Source: Lingula anatina
Taxonomy: Eukaryota; Animalia; Brachiopoda
Length of the DNA: 64,000 nt
Assembly: GCA_051362555.1 (NCBI GenBank)
Contig: CM120640.1
Coordinates: 31,763,967 to 31,827,966, forward strand
Direction: 5' to 3'
Of this stretch, positions 1-40,013 are shown piece after piece (position 1 is the stretch's first letter; every line of letters starts with the position of its first letter). The notes beneath the pieces were generated by a model. The model did not search any database. It was not told the origin of the DNA and was given only the letters and a program-made list of their open reading frames with translations. The position numbers and the translations under genes are program-made.

Positions 1-1150
1 TTCCCTTTGCTACAGTGTGCAGTGACTTTGTTCACGAAAATGTGCCAACACCTAACCATTGCTCTGTTAACTTCATAGACAGAGGGTAATGATTGAAGTA
101 AACAGGAAGAAATGCCAAAGACAAAACCATGTTGGGTCTTTGTGTGAGTACCATCCTGAACATTTAGTTTAAACTGCTGATTGAATTCTTGAAACTTACA
201 TTGAAAGACTTAATAAATTAAAATTTAACAAATTACTTACTTTGCCAATTTGATTTTTCTACGTATGTTATTTCGTGTAGTCAGAACATTTGATTATAGC
301 AAACATTTCTAAAGAAAAAAATGAGGCGTTACTTTTGAAAGCATTAAAAAACAGTTCCATTTTAATAAAAAGTAAAAGAGTATTTTTTTTTGTTTGTATG
401 TATAGTTGGGTGTGTATCAAGGTAGGGGATGTAGGGTGTGCTAGGCCATCTCTCTCTTTGGCAATTGTCAATGTAGACGGGTATGATAAAAGTAATAAAT
501 TTTAGAACTATTGTCCTTGTTCATCTATTGTCTATATTGCAGGGAAGGACCCTCTAAGTATACAATGATATTCCTCATATTATTGAGGAAATAACTTAGG
601 ATTTTCCTCATGTTGTAAATAAGCAAAGATCTGTCCCAGTGTATATACCTTTACTTTGTGAAGAATAGAGGAAACTAAGGGGCTGAATTTGAACTCAGTT
701 TGTTTTATGGGACAATAATGCACTAGGAAGGATTTTGTTTTGCTATATTTTATAAAGGATAGCATCATTCAATAAATATTAATTTCATTATATCATTTAT
801 TAATGTTAATGACACGCTTAATATAAACTGGACTACAAATGGCTTTTCTACATTACATAGTGAGAAGTGAATAATTTACAAAGGCTTAATGTAATCATTC
901 ATACCTGTGATGTCATTTTAAAAGAAGACATCTTGAAAACCTCCCAAAATATAGGCCACTATTTGATTGCAAAGTCAAATTTTTGTCATGATACAGGTGT
1001 TGAGGTTTTAAAATTGCAGTCAATATCATGTCTAATTTGCAAGGCAACTACACCAAGTGACACTCTGTTGGAGGAAATAAGTATACCTGCATCTTTGTTA
1101 CTAATTTAAAGAGTCCTATTTTTTAAACTGTTCAGCTACATTCAGGTGAA

Positions 1151-1574
1151 CCATCGTACTAGCTGGATCGATCCAACTCTGTGGAGGATTCTCGCTAAAG
1201 TGCATTCAGTGTAATAAGCTTAATTGTCTGACATGCCTCCTCAAGTAAAAGAGTTTCCTAGAGTTGAGGAGGCGTTGCAGACAATTAAGCTAGTTACATT
1301 GGTTGCGCCTAAGGCTGTATTCCCAGAGCTTTTAGATCGATCTATCCCCGCGGGGAGTCTCACTAGATTACTTTCAGATAATCCAGCTTAAATGTCCGTC
1401 CCGCCTACTACAAGCTGTAAGGGGGTAATTAACTTTCATGTCCGCCCGGCTGACAGCTATTTAGCGTGAACCCCCAGGGAGTTAGGTTGATCTAAAGTTG
1501 ATCGATCTAATCTCTGGAAATGGGGTCTAAGAGAGAATCCCCAAATAGTTGGATCAATCCAGCTAGTACGATGG
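1151..1574. mobile_element. MITE with long TIRs containing a nested related MITE (1313-1527, TAA TSD)
   Basis: Outer inverted repeat ccatcgtactagctggatcgatccaact / agttggatcaatccagctagtacgatgg; inner ggctgtattcccagag...ctctggaaatggggtc flanked by TAA (PIF/Harbinger-type). Confidence 0.7.
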
Positions 1575-1945
1575 GTTTATTTAAATGCGGTCTCGATCAG
1601 TAAACAATTATACATTTACAGTGTAGCAACTAACAAGGGCACAAGCATTGCCAAGTAGAAGCAGATTGGTAGAGAATGAAAATATTCACATTTCTCTGTG
1701 AGACCTTAAAATATAAATTAATGCTCATTGAGTTCCATCAAATTTACATCCCTAATTATATACTGTGACCACAAAATTGATCTTTTTAAGGCTTATCTAC
1801 AACATGCACAAGCAGGAACAGTAAAGCAAATCAATATTGAAGTTAATGATTTAGATCTTGGCTTTTTAGGACAGATACAGTTTTATTACAGGGTGCTTTC
1901 AATTCAGAATTCATTTCATGCGGTATGTGTACTTAAGCAGTATTA

Positions 1946-2362
1946 GGCCCCTATCCCATAGACACCATAGATGTTCGTAGATTGACCCAACTCAATCTGC
2001 AGGGGCTCCCACTGAATTAGGCCTACCCAACTACCAGACTCGGCACCGAATGATCCCGAATTCACCAGAAGATCAGACCACACTACCCGTTTTCAAGGTG
2101 TGTGTCAGTACGCATTTCACTGTATCATACCCCAGAACAAATTTTGAGATGAGATGCACTACTTCCAACTCTACTCAGAAAATTAGTAACATCAGAATCA
2201 TTGCTATCACATAGCATACTATAGTCAAGAGCGGTGTGGTGTCTGATACTTCGAAGTGCGTGCTGAGGCATGTCATTCAGTTAAGCTGATTGCACTCAGC
2301 AAGAGTCTCCACAGAGTTGGGTTGATGCACTAAGACCAATGGTGTCTAGAGGGAATGGGGTC
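1946..2362. mobile_element. PIF/Harbinger-type (Tourist-like) MITE
   Basis: TIR ggcccctatcccatagacaccat / atggtgtctagagggaatggggtc; TTA/TAA flanks. Confidence 0.7.
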
Positions 2363-5205
2363 TAAGAAAAGCATGATAATTGAGTCTGACAGCAGTACAA
2401 ATTCCTGCCAAAAGATCAGTGGAAGTATGTGTTAAATGATGTTATTGAGCGGCTGACACAGATGTTGTATTTTGCCTTATCATATATTACTTTAATTATC
2501 AACAGATTGTCATTACAGTTACTAGTCTCTGTGTCATGTAAGGCTCCTTGCCAATAAAGTACCAGTAGTAAAGGCAGAAGTTAGCACACATACTGTCTCA
2601 GCCAGATGTGTACTATAATTGTAAATTAGCTCACTACAGTACAGAGAGCTTAATGTTATCCTCTGTTGCCACATACAATCCCATGCCCACCTTAAATAAT
2701 CATAATGGTGATTATTGAGCATAGAAACATACAATTTATGCATTTTTTGGCATTTTGCACTACATTTGGCATTTAACAATAACATAAACGGTGACAATTG
2801 GGTGTGCTTGCAGCTATGATATCTGCTTATACCAACAGATCCACATCATATCTTTCAGAGATATTATCTTAAATTTCCCAGCAAAAAATTATAAGTTAGG
2901 CCTGATAAAATTAATAAGTAAAATTAGTCCCAGCTCTCTGTAAACAGGGTTGGTAGATCAGATGGACTGTAATTTATTTTTGATTATATTATTTTTACAG
3001 ATGATGTTTACTAGCAAATATCAGGGTTGGTTGGCTTTTTAAAAAATCATTTTATTTTTTTAAGGGAGAGAAAAGAGGGGAGGGGGAATGTCAGTTTTTG
3101 ATCATGAAAGCAAAGAACAACAGCATACAGAATCTTTTCCTTTGGTCATTTGTAAAGATTTACAGCACACTAAAACAAAGCCCTATTTTTTAATTAAAAA
3201 AATTGTTTGAAAAAAAATTTGATTACCTCAAAATTGGGGTCAGTCACGCTCCTTAAGCAGGTTGTCAATTTTGTCTGGCTGGAGTCATGTTGTGTCCAGT
3301 GGTGAGGATTGTAGTGGACTGGATAACAATAAAAACTTGAAAATTTAGTTGGTCTTGAAACTTTTGCCAGAAGACTATTTTCTAACAACATACTTTTTTT
3401 TTTCAAATTTTACAACCATTGGGTCTTTCAATAATTTTGAAAAGTATGTGATCTAATATGGCCCTTGCCGGATTCACGAATTTTCAAATATTAATCAAGT
3501 TTTTAACATAGATTGTCTACTCTGTGGTAAGCTAATGTTTTATTTTAAAAAAGCCTGCAGATAGTACCCAGCTAGCTTAGCCATCATAACAAAACTGGAA
3601 ATGAACCTTTATTCATAGTCCTGAATAGGACTTTCTGTACAGTAAGTGCTTATTTGCTTCCTAATAAACCAACTGTCAAGAATCATAAATGAAGATAAGA
3701 GCATGTTATATGCACGGAAGGTGTTAAAATCTCTAAGTTGTCAACTGGTAGATTAATATCTTAGCACACTTTTAACAATATCCACTGAACGCCTAGGAAA
3801 ATCACAGTAAAGAATACTCATAAAAAAGTGAGAAATATCCGGCTGCATGTTGCACACCTCTGTGCTGCTTTCCACACAGCAAAAATGGCAGATTATTGGC
3901 TAGATTGTTTACTTTATTGATCCCCAGTATACATGGAGTTTGTTGTAGCCACATTACTCTCAATTGCATTACCTTTTCCCTTGATTGTCCTGTCTCCCCA
4001 GGATTTCTCAGTTTCCTTGTGTTTTGATGAGGGGACAAAGACAGGAGGTATTTTGCTTGGGAATGCTTGTGTATAGCACATTAATATTGATTCTGGTATA
4101 TTAGGTTTTGTGTTTAAAGATCCCATTGTTTCCCTTACAGTAAGTGTTGAAATAATTTTGATTATTTATGTATTTAATTCATCCTAGGAAAATAAGAGCA
4201 GCTTCCAAAGTAAACAGTTTAAAGGAGAATGATGTTACATAAAATATTAAATAAATGTACCACATGAAAAATGGGAACAAACAGAGAAGAACCAGAGTAA
4301 AGACAACAGTACAAAAAATAATAAAGATACTTTTAAAATATTGACATATAATTTCAAATTTTAATAGAGTGGAGCCATAGAACACCAGCTTTGTTGTCCA
4401 GCAAGTCCAGTGTCTTGCTGATTGGTTTTAGCAAATTAGCACGCTTAAGATTTTTTGGCTTAATAGATGTATTGAAATAAAGGTGATGCTGCAAACAAAT
4501 CTTTTATAAAGAACCTTGTGAAGTTTTATTTTATTTAAATACCAAAAATAATGCCAGCTGTAATTATAAGTATGATGAACTGTTGTGCACAACAGGATGA
4601 GGAAATATGAACAATATGTTATAATAGTTGAGAAAATTTGACAAAAATTACTGTTTGAGCACTTTTTGGTAAATATTGCTGGTTATTTGCAGAAACCCTT
4701 CATGAAAGGATCCATAGAATTTTAAATTGCGGTCTTCCCACGGTAGTTTAAATGTCAGCGTTGTAATCAGCACATGCAATGGGGATTGAAAACATTATAG
4801 ATCACCTTCAGATCATAACAAAGCAGCAATTTCATGCCATATTTCCTGACAGTGGAGATAGCAACATGTGACAGATTGCTTGTCCAGTTTATGCTGGCAT
4901 TCATAACGTATATATAGTTCAATATTTCATAATAAGAATGGAGTGGTTCACCAAAATTGAAATTGATAGACACAAGAATATTGATCACTGATAGGCTAGA
5001 GACATACAGTTATAATCCAAGATGGCCAAAATGATAAGTGTCACTGATATTAATTCAGTATTTCCTGGCATGAGGACACAAGTTCATCTAATCTGAATAA
5101 AGAACATGGGTATTTTTTTTCCTGCCCTTTATCTGTTAAGGTTGAGTGACTGCCTTAATAATGACTAGTCCACCCTGCTCATGTACCAGATGTACAGTGT
5201 TGTGT

Positions 5206-5209
<4 letters not shown>

Positions 5210-5280
<71 letters not shown>
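5210..5280. repeat. (TA)n microsatellite
   Basis: Read directly from the sequence. Confidence 0.95.
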
Positions 5281-5284
<4 letters not shown>

Positions 5285-7944
5285 GAGTACCTCACCACTA
5301 GTCAGGACTATGTTTTGTAAAGTTAGCTATCCCTGAAAACAGGGGTTTCTCCAGGATTTGGAGTACAGGGAGTCCAAATTGAAAAGGTGAATTTGTAATA
5401 GGGTCATCCATTTGTTAACTGGGAAACCAACCCAAGGAAGACCAACCAACCAACCCAAAAATTTGTAAACTGTCTTTGGAAATAACGGCCCACTGTTGAG
5501 GCTAATGGCTGTCCAGATAATGGCAGGACAGCTCTCTGGGGAAAGCCTTGCCTGGAAGGAAAACTCATTTAAGATTGTAACACAGGCTAATGCTTGTCCC
5601 TTGTTTTACATTGTTCTGTACTGCCTTGGGTAAAAGCCTTATATGAGCCACCCCAGGTTAAAAGAACAGCAGTGATTAGGTTTATACATATGGGTTCAAA
5701 GCACAAGCTATGAAATGTATACCATGTGGAAAACTGCAAGAAAGCTGGTTATTACATGGTTCATTGCTTCTCATTTCAACCATATGTTCTGGGTTCCTTC
5801 AGATTACTCTGATATTTTTTCACATTTTGAGTTTTATGTGTGGGGAATTAGTCTAACAAGGTTAAAGATTTTGAATTCAAATATTTTTTTTCAACTATTG
5901 GCCTGCTAAACAATAGGGGAGGTGCCCCAATTTTGCAAAGACCACAAACATTATCTTTTTGAGGCCATTTTCAAAACTCTTAATTATAAGTTTTATTTAA
6001 ATAATGACTGATTAATATCTGAAACTGACAGCATATTACACTTTGATCTTACTGCAAGTGAATGAAACTGTTTAGTTACATAGTTTTTTGCAGCTACATA
6101 TGCTTCTGTAGCAAATGTATAATATGTAGCACATCAGTTAGTTACTTTTTGCTGTTACTTTAGCAGAATAATATATGAGAGATATTTTTACTCCAGAATA
6201 GAAATCTCCTGACCGTATATAAAAGGCTTTCAACATTAAAGATGCATTAAAGTAAGTGAGTACTTAAATCAAATCATTGCCACTGAACCCAACCAAATAT
6301 CACTATAGTTTTTCAGACAGTTTGGTGTAAAGAAATACAGCTGAATTCCATTACATTTTTTCGCTGAAAAGTGATATTTGCACAGCTTTTTGCACAGCTA
6401 ATTCCTGCTTACTCTCTCTGTGCTCCATGACCAGAAATTTGAAATTTGAAAAACATGGCAATGCAGTTATAAAGTTTGTTCAACTGATTGAGAGATAGAT
6501 TTTTTTCATGTGGATTGTTTCATGTTTGAAACTCTTACTTATGAGTTATATATGTCACAGGGATTGACTTTCTCCTGCAATGTATCTTTATGGCAGTGTG
6601 GTTGAATTGCTTCTTAATTGCATTAGATGTGCTGTACTTAAAACAATTGGGGATAGCAATCACAATTTTTGTGCCTCATACTTTCTATATATAAAAATAG
6701 TATCACAATCTATTGAATCAAGTACCATTTATCTACCTGTTCTAAGAATTTTATAACAAAATATATTCTAAGACATGCCAGCACATATGATAGAATTTGG
6801 AAAGTTTTGTTTGCTGTCCTGAAAATTAATTTGCAATGTACTAGTAATAAAAATTCCCTTTTTGATTCTAAATGGGCCAAATGGCTTGACTAATTCAGTA
6901 GACAATGTAATTTTTAAGGGTAGTGCATTTTTTTTCTTTACCATGTTCTTAACAATTCTGCTTGAAGGGATTTCGAAAAGTAAACCAGGAAGTTTTTAAT
7001 CTTGGAAGCAGACTCTATATTAAGCTGTAGAGTTGAGGTTTGCCTTTAGATGATCTGTCTGACAAATATTTGATAGCTGGAAATATCATATATGTATTTT
7101 GTAATTTAACAGAAAAAAAAGATAAGGGCTAATTCCAAAGTACATTAGGAATATGTGCATAATTGATAGGAAAGGCTTGACAAAAACCAATTAAGGAATT
7201 ATATTTGGAAAGTGATATATGATGTACTCTCTGATATATGCACAAAGTTAATCAGACAGCTTCATGAAATTTATATCCAATTGACACATCTATTGATTAG
7301 CTTCAGAAATTTTTTTATTAAATTAAGCCTGTATATGCCAGGAAATATATTATTATAATGGCTTATCCAGATGAACAAAGTGTGTATATGATGTTTGGTT
7401 CAGGAAAGACAGCTTTAAATGAAGGTATGAATCCTGTAGGATTTACATATAACTAACTACTTACTAGTACATATATTTATGTGGGATGCTTAGCGTGGCA
7501 GGCAGAAAATTTTGTCTTCACACTGATAGTGCATGACAAGAATAGGGGAAAAAAGACTGCATATTTAGCTCTATGTTTTCATCAGGGTGCCATTATATCT
7601 CAGAACATCCTGCTCTGAAAATGAATGTTTAGCCTGGCCACCAGGGACTCCTATCTGGGAACTGACAGTAATCATGTTGGATGAATCCAGCAGTGATGGC
7701 AGAAAGTCGAAAACATCTCTCAAAATGTAATATTCTGTGCAGAATCAGAAACGGAAATGGCACCATTTTCTATTTGAAAAAAAAAACAACATCGGATTAT
7801 ATCCCATTTCAGGATGAATGTGAAGGACTTGTTAAAAGAAAAATTCATAATAGTCAGAGATAGTTAGGACTGGAGCATGACATTTTAAAAAGACCACAGC
7901 CAGTAATTTGCTTTCAATTGATGTACCAAGCTTGAAAAGCCACA

Positions 7945-31322
<23,378 letters not shown>

Positions 31323-33560
31323 AAGGCTCAGACGGATATTTTTTCTTCAGAAAAAAATGGTCCTTGGCTTCATATTTGTTGGTGTCTTCTGCTTCATTAC
31401 ACAAATTTAATTTACATTGAGCTAACTTAATTGGCACATTGCACGTGTTTGTGCTCATTTGGTGGATTTTGAAACTTTTAGAAATCATACGATAATGGAC
31501 TTACCCCATTGGTACCTAGTGTTTTTTCTATGCAATTAATAATTCCTTGTGTATCATGATCTTTTGTGATATATTTATAGATATGGTGTTGAAATTTTAT
31601 TAATTCATTTTTTTAGAATAATCAGTTGAGCACTGGTCAAAGCAGGCTTTGGAGTGTGATTTTTCTGACCTCTGGGTTAGAGGTGCATTTGAGTATAGAT
31701 AACCTTGTTGTCTTCACACAAGGTGAAACTGCAATGGAACTGATATTATTTGTTTCAAATTACATTTTTTTTTACATACAACTGCAATTTTTCTTGTGTG
31801 CACAAGTCATTTATAACTTATGAGGCATATATCTGAAGGTTTTGGTAAGAGGTTTTTTTTTTTTTTTTTTTTTTTTTACAGATTAATACAGGGTTTGGTA
31901 CAGATCTGAAATATTAAAAAGATACATGAAATGTGATAAAGGATCCTCAAGCATAAATTCAACCACGTGCTGTTAAACAAATTGTTGGCATTATGCATGC
32001 ACAAAGCTATTTTGTTTTTCCATCTTTGAAAGGCATTGAGGGAGGAAATTGGCACGGAATTCTTGTTTTTTTTTTTTTTTTCTGTTCTGTAGTATTTAAT
32101 GTAAATTCCACATTACTTTCATTCAAAAATACATCATACAAAATGTACACTGAGCAAAAATATAAATGCCTTATGTGAATAATTTATGTGATATGTAATG
32201 GGTCACTCCAAATGAGCTGATGTTGTCTTATAATTGTACAGTAATCTGCAGAACATTGAACAACAATTCACTTAATATGATTTATATATATATATTTCAA
32301 GATGCTGATAAAAAATTAAAAATATTGGGCAGAGCATTTATATTTTTACTCAGTGAAGTTTATAGATGTGTTCTTGTAATCCCAGTTCTGTCTCCCAAAT
32401 GTAATAAAGCAACAGGGTTTTATCTTATTTCAAATTCAATAATTACTTTGCAGAAGATGACTAAGGTTTTGTTTTCCAATAACTTATAGAGATTGTAATT
32501 AATTATTAAGGTAATTATTTTTATTTAGGTTTATTTATTTATATTTTTGTTTACTGCTTGTGGGTATTAGATGGTATGCTCTGTCAGAACTGATTTGAAA
32601 TTAATGGCCAGTGTTCATCATAGATTATGTTACAAATTTTAAAAACTTTCATTGTAATCAATCATATTAGTAAAGATGAAGAGACTGGAAATATGTTTAA
32701 TAGCAATTAGATTGGTTGTAGCATTCCTTTTACTTGAAAATGGTATTTTAAAGGATTTTCAGATTTCATAGTGTAAGTGATGCTCGTGTGTATTTTGTTA
32801 TCTTTGAAAAAATCTCACAGTTTGTTGTATTATTCATTGGAGGTAAGAAAAATAAGGTACTGTGTGCATTTCTTCAGTTTTCTATCTCAGTTTTTCAGAT
32901 CTGATTGTGAACCATTGTTTATTTATGTGCAGTTCAGTTAATGTTTTGTTGAACTGCAGTAATTATATTTTCAATTCTTCTGTATCCATTTGTGCCATTT
33001 TGTTCTAAATAAGGATTGGAATGGGCAGCTTTTGACTGATTAAAAGGTGCTTCCTTTCATTGTTCGGCATTTAAATGCACTGAAAAAAATATTTGACAAA
33101 CTAAACAGGCTTCTTCATTGCCATTTTACGAGTCTTTTTTCAATCGCAATATTCTTGCAATTTTGTTTTTGGTATAGACCTGTCATTCCTTGGTATAAGT
33201 ATTTCCCATTTTTCTTGTATCATCACACTCTGAGTCTAATATATGTACTCTACCTCATTTTTTCATTCAAATTAGTGGTCATTATTTATCTTATTTGATG
33301 TATTTGATTCTGTCTAATCAAAGGAAACTATTGTATTTATGAGTATGAAAGGATATTTTAATTGCCATAATTAAGTAAATGTAATTCTGAATGGTGTACA
33401 GCAGTTCAGTATAGTTTATTTAAAAATTGATCTAGACTCATTTTTTATACATGTGTATATATATTTTCATGCATTCACTTAAATGTAGTCATTATTTGAA
33501 TGTAAAGAAAAGAGAATATTAAGACTACGTATTAAGGTTTCTCTTAAACTTATTTTACAA

Positions 33561-33566
33561 AATAAA
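33561..33566 (+). terminator. Candidate polyadenylation signal of MCTP
   Basis: AATAAA followed by GT/T-rich downstream sequence, about 2.2 kb after the stop codon. Confidence 0.35.
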
Positions 33567-33652
33567 AACCATAAATGCATATGTGTTAGTTTTTTGTGCT
33601 TGTGTTCATATCATATTGGACTTAATAGCTCTGCATGGTTATAAATTATGCA

Positions 33653-34060
33653 TTTTTATGTACAGACATACAGATGTGTCTGTACATATAGCCGTCAGCT
33701 GCGTCTGTCATTGCCGTCGTCGTCGTCGTCGCCATGCACTTTTACCGATAACACGATAAGTGGAAAACTGTTTTTTCTTTTGGCTTGAAACTTACAGGAC
33801 TGATGAATATTCATAATACGCAGGTCATGTGTGAAAATCAGCATGATCCGGCCATTTTTAGGGAAGTTATGCTGTTTTTTCACTTTTTTCAACATATATG
33901 CAACATTGTTAACATTGTTAACACAATATAAGAAAAACAGATGGGCCAATTGTCATGAAACTCACAGGAGTGGTCAATCTTACTAAAACGCAGGTTGAGT
34001 TCGAAAATCAGCATAATCTGGCTATTATTTTAGTAGTTATACTGTTTTTTCAAATTTTCT
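33653..34060 (+). mobile_element. Helentron/HINE-like non-autonomous element (copy 1)
   Basis: Starts in a T-run; 5' hairpin gtacagaca..tgtctgtac; (GTC)n microsatellite; then ~165-bp internal tandem units; second copy at 63639. Confidence 0.6.
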
Positions 34061-34449
34061 CAGATTTAATTCTTAGGCATGTTAACAGTCTCATTATTGA
34101 ACTAATAAGATACATAAAAGTGTTTGTTTGATATTTCCTGCATCTTTACAACATTGTTAGTTGATTATGTAAAAATGATGATAAACTTAATATCATGTAT
34201 TGTGTAATAAAGTGTCAAAAATGGAAATAAACTCATATCATTGCAGTTTGTCAGATTCAATCATCCACTATGTTCAGAATCTCAGAATGGAGGAAATTGG
34301 ACATTTAACACTGTTCTATTGATACTTTTCCCATCTAATCAATTTTCTAAGTTGGTCATATAAAAATGGCAGTAAAATGTTTATTTTGTTTTATGTTGAA
34401 AAAGTGTTAAAAATGGAAATTAACCCATTTCAGAACAGTACTGTCTTGT

Positions 34450-36760
34450 TTACATTTTGGCATTTTCAAGATGTGACTTTGAAGTTCCATGGGCCTGCAG
34501 ACCTTTGCTAGTCACATTTTCTGAATATCTGTGATACAAATATTTTATAATTAAAAATTGATGGTCATTATGCTGTTAAACATTATGTAATAATGCATCA
34601 AAATTTGAAGAAACCCCTATTTTGAGCACTGCTCCCATGATGACCATTTAAAGAAAATCATGTCACTTATTGTTCTCAAACTTACAGGAAAGAAACATGG
34701 GACCAAAATACAGCTTCAGTAGGCAATGCAGTCTGTTTTTTGCAGTCAAACAGTTTTTTGTGAAAATTTAATTTTTCACATGTTGGCATTTTCAAGGTGT
34801 GACTTAAAAGTTCCATGATCCTTAAGACCTTTGCTTGTCACATTTTCTGAATGTTCATGTTACTTATATTTTTTAATAACATTTGATGGTCATTATGCTG
34901 TTAAAGATTATGTAATGTTGCATCAAAATTTGAAGAAACCCCTATTTTGGGCACTGCTTCTATGATGACCATTTAAGGGAAATCATGTCACTTACTGTTC
35001 TCAAACTTACAGGAAAGAAACATGGGTCTAACATACAGCTTCAGTAGGCAACGCAGTCTGTTTGGCAAATTTTTCTGGCAATTTAACAGTTTTTTGTGAA
35101 AAGTTAATTTTTTCACTTATTGGCATTTTCAAGGTGCGACTTAAAACCTCCACGGGCTTGAAGACCCATGCTAGTCACATTTTCTGAAAATCCATGGCAC
35201 GTATATTTTATTATTAAAAACTGATGTATTATGCCATTAAGCATTATGTAATGTTGCATCAAAATAGAAGAAAACACAATTTTTGGTGCTGCTGCCATGA
35301 TGACCATTATGGGAAAACCATGTTACTTATGATTTTCAAACTTTCAAAAAAGAAACACGGGACTAAAATGCAGCCCGAGTTGGAAAAGCAGTTTAATTGG
35401 CTTCTTTTTCTGGAAGTTATACATTTTAGTGAAATATTCATTATCTTTTTGGCATATTCATTGTGGGACTCAGAGCTCCCATGGACATGAAGCCGAATGG
35501 TAATCAAACTTTCTACATGTCCATGCTATTTATAGTCAATAATCAAAAATTGGTGAAAATTATTCTATAATTTATTATGTAATGTGACATCAAAATTGAC
35601 AATAATCTTTTTGCACTGCTACTGCAAACATTATGAAAAGAAAACTGTGCTACTTATTATTATATTTAACTTATAAGTATGATTTTTAGGATTGGCATGC
35701 AGTTCAAATTAGAAAGCCAGGTCAATTGGGTTATCATTTATTATTGAATTTATGCAATTTTGTGTGAAATTTTCATTTTTCTCATTCTGGCACTTTCTAA
35801 GTATAAACTTGAACTCTGATGGGCCTGAAGCCTTATGATTTTACTTTCGTCGGTGTTACCTGTGCAAAATTAAAATTTGATGTTGACTGTGCAGTTAAAC
35901 ATAATGTATTATTGCATCAGAATTGGTAGTCTCCTATTTTGTGCATTATTGTTTTGTGCTTTTCTTAAGTTGTGACTTATGGCCCTATATATATATCAAA
36001 TATGGGCCTATATATATCAAACTCAAAGATTAAAAGTTTGAATAGCAGCTTCATTGGAATTATATTTACCTCTGCCAAGGAGGTTATATTTTCACCCTTG
36101 TTTGTCTGTCATTAACATAACTCAAAAAGTTATGGACCGATTTTGATGAAATTTTCGGGAACTGTCAGAAGTGGGCCAAAGAGGACAATAATCAATAATA
36201 ATCAACAATTGCTGCCTTGGCAGAGGTCTGCACTCTCGGAGTGCTTTTCTAGTTTTGTTATGTTTTCCTTTATAATTTGTTCTCAAACACTTGCATTTGT
36301 GACTTTTAACTCTCATCGGTCTGAGGCTCTGACATTTCTGTATTTCCACATAAGTAGTTGGATTGTTTTTTTTATGTCTTTAAACATTATGTTACTTATG
36401 TAATATTAATTTATGCACTGTCATCATTTTTCAAATATTGAGACTTTCATCATGTGAATTTGAACTCTCATGGTCCTGAAACTGTAATCTTATTGAAGGG
36501 GTGGATTGAGACCATCTTCTGGGTCTTCCGGAGGACAGTCAGGTTATTAAGTTTATATTGCCTGGTATTTATTTTTTTCCTGTTGGAAGTCCATCAAAAT
36601 GGAGGATGGATCAAAATAGATATCTCTGGGTCTGCTCATGTTATTGACCATTTAAACTGTTGTGCAGGATTATAATTCAGTGTTGACTGACAGTGCTATT
36701 ATAAGCATTATTTATTATTGCATCAAAATTGACAAAATGACCTTTTTTGCATCTTTATTT
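34450..36760. repeat. Degenerate ~330-bp tandem array (5-6 units)
   Basis: Motif ttggcattttcaag.tgtgactt recurs at 34457, 34783, 35120, 35449 and 35787, with a more decayed unit near 36430-36740. Confidence 0.75.
36065..36255 (+). mobile_element. Short Helentron-associated (HINE/DINE-1-like) element
   Basis: Subterminal inverted repeats acctctgccaagg / ccttggcagaggt, gtttgtctgtc tract, 3' hairpin gcactctcggagtgc, T-rich flanks. Confidence 0.75.
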
Positions 36761-36947
36761 TCTGTTTTTTGTCTGTACATTTGACAGCTTTTCTTTATTT
36801 AAAGTTTCATTGTTTTTAATAGTAAGTGGCTTTTAAACAGTAAAGTATAGCAATGATTAATTTTAAACAGTAGGTATACCTACAAGTAGCTACTCTTGGC
36901 TATTACATTATTTTTTCTTGGAATAATACTTTTTTTTTTGCACCTAG

Positions 36948-38643
<1,696 letters not shown>

Positions 38644-39375
38644 ACATACTTAGAATGTACTTTTAACCTCCAGTAAATGCTGCAGTGACTTTATATAAGA
38701 GATTGAAACAGCATAATGAGGGAGTTGTCAAAATTTTGGGATTTGGTGTAGCTTTGAGATGTGTGGAAGATTTGACTCAGTTGAATAGTGATTTGGGATT
38801 ACTTTTTATCTGTCTCTGCCTCATTTATAATGTATGGTAGGGTACAAGGCAAAAGCAACACAGAGAGAGAGTAATATGGAAATACAACAGGACTGTGGTA
38901 TGACAAAACGATATTTGATAAGCTCCACATAAAAAAAAATGTACCTGGCTTGTATAACACAAAGATCCAGGCTTGTGACATTCTTTCTCGTTTCTAATAA
39001 ATGTTTAAAAAGGCAGAACATTCAAATAATTTGCATAAGAAAATGTCAATCTCCCTGTTCATCAGCTTTATATCTCAAGTTCTGCTAGTTTAAGTTATTT
39101 GCATGATCAAACTGATCAGAGAATCAGTTATTGGTTTTTGTTCACTAAAAGAAAGTGAAATACACTCCTTAAGAGTTATAACACACCGCTAATGTATCTA
39201 TATGTATTTCTTTTCTGGATTAAAGAGCATTATTTATCATATCTCTTTAAAGAGTCAAAATTGCCATCCAGTCGCTATTGGGATTGCTCATGTATCTCAT
39301 CCATGTAAAAATATCAAAATGAGCAGAGCTGAAAATATTCATGTGAGACTCAGTAAAAAATGTTCTAGGACTTTT

Positions 39376-39378
<3 letters not shown>

Positions 39379-39417
<39 letters not shown>

Positions 39418-39455
39418 ATATACTTTTGGATATATATAAATGGATAAAGTAAACG

Positions 39456-39481
<26 letters not shown>
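39379..39481. repeat. Interrupted (TA)n microsatellite
   Basis: Read directly from the sequence. Confidence 0.9.
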
Positions 39482-39487
<6 letters not shown>

Positions 39488-39982
39488 GGATCAGATATCA
39501 TCGCCCAAGTATGTACTACTTACTGGGTTAAGCTAACCAGGGGGGGGATCCTGGATTTCCTAGAGGGGTGTTCGGCTTTTTAAATCCTCCCCCCCCCCCC
39601 ACCCGAATTTTTTTTTAAATTTTAATACTTGGACAGAACGGTTTAAATTTAAAATTGAATAATAATTTAATATATCAGTTTTAGAAAGTCATCAAGTAAC
39701 ACTGCAAGACTAATGTAAGCCATATGACGGTCATGTTCGGTTTCAGAGATTTTGTATCTCGTGTATCTAGGCATAGGACGGGCTGAGATTTGTCTTTAAC
39801 AGAATACTTTAACATAGTTTTGTCTGTTACTGAATAACTATCTGAAATCAAAATTGGGAAGGGATTTTAGGGAATGGTGTAAGGCACGTGAGTAAATTGT
39901 GTGGTGCAGAACTACATAAACAGTGACAAAGACGTTTTATTGTGAAACGTGCCTATTCTACCGGGAGCGTCGAGTAGCGTGA

Positions 39983-39984
<2 letters not shown>

Positions 39985-40013
<29 letters not shown>
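39985..40013. repeat. (GT)n microsatellite
   Basis: Read directly from the sequence. Confidence 0.9.
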
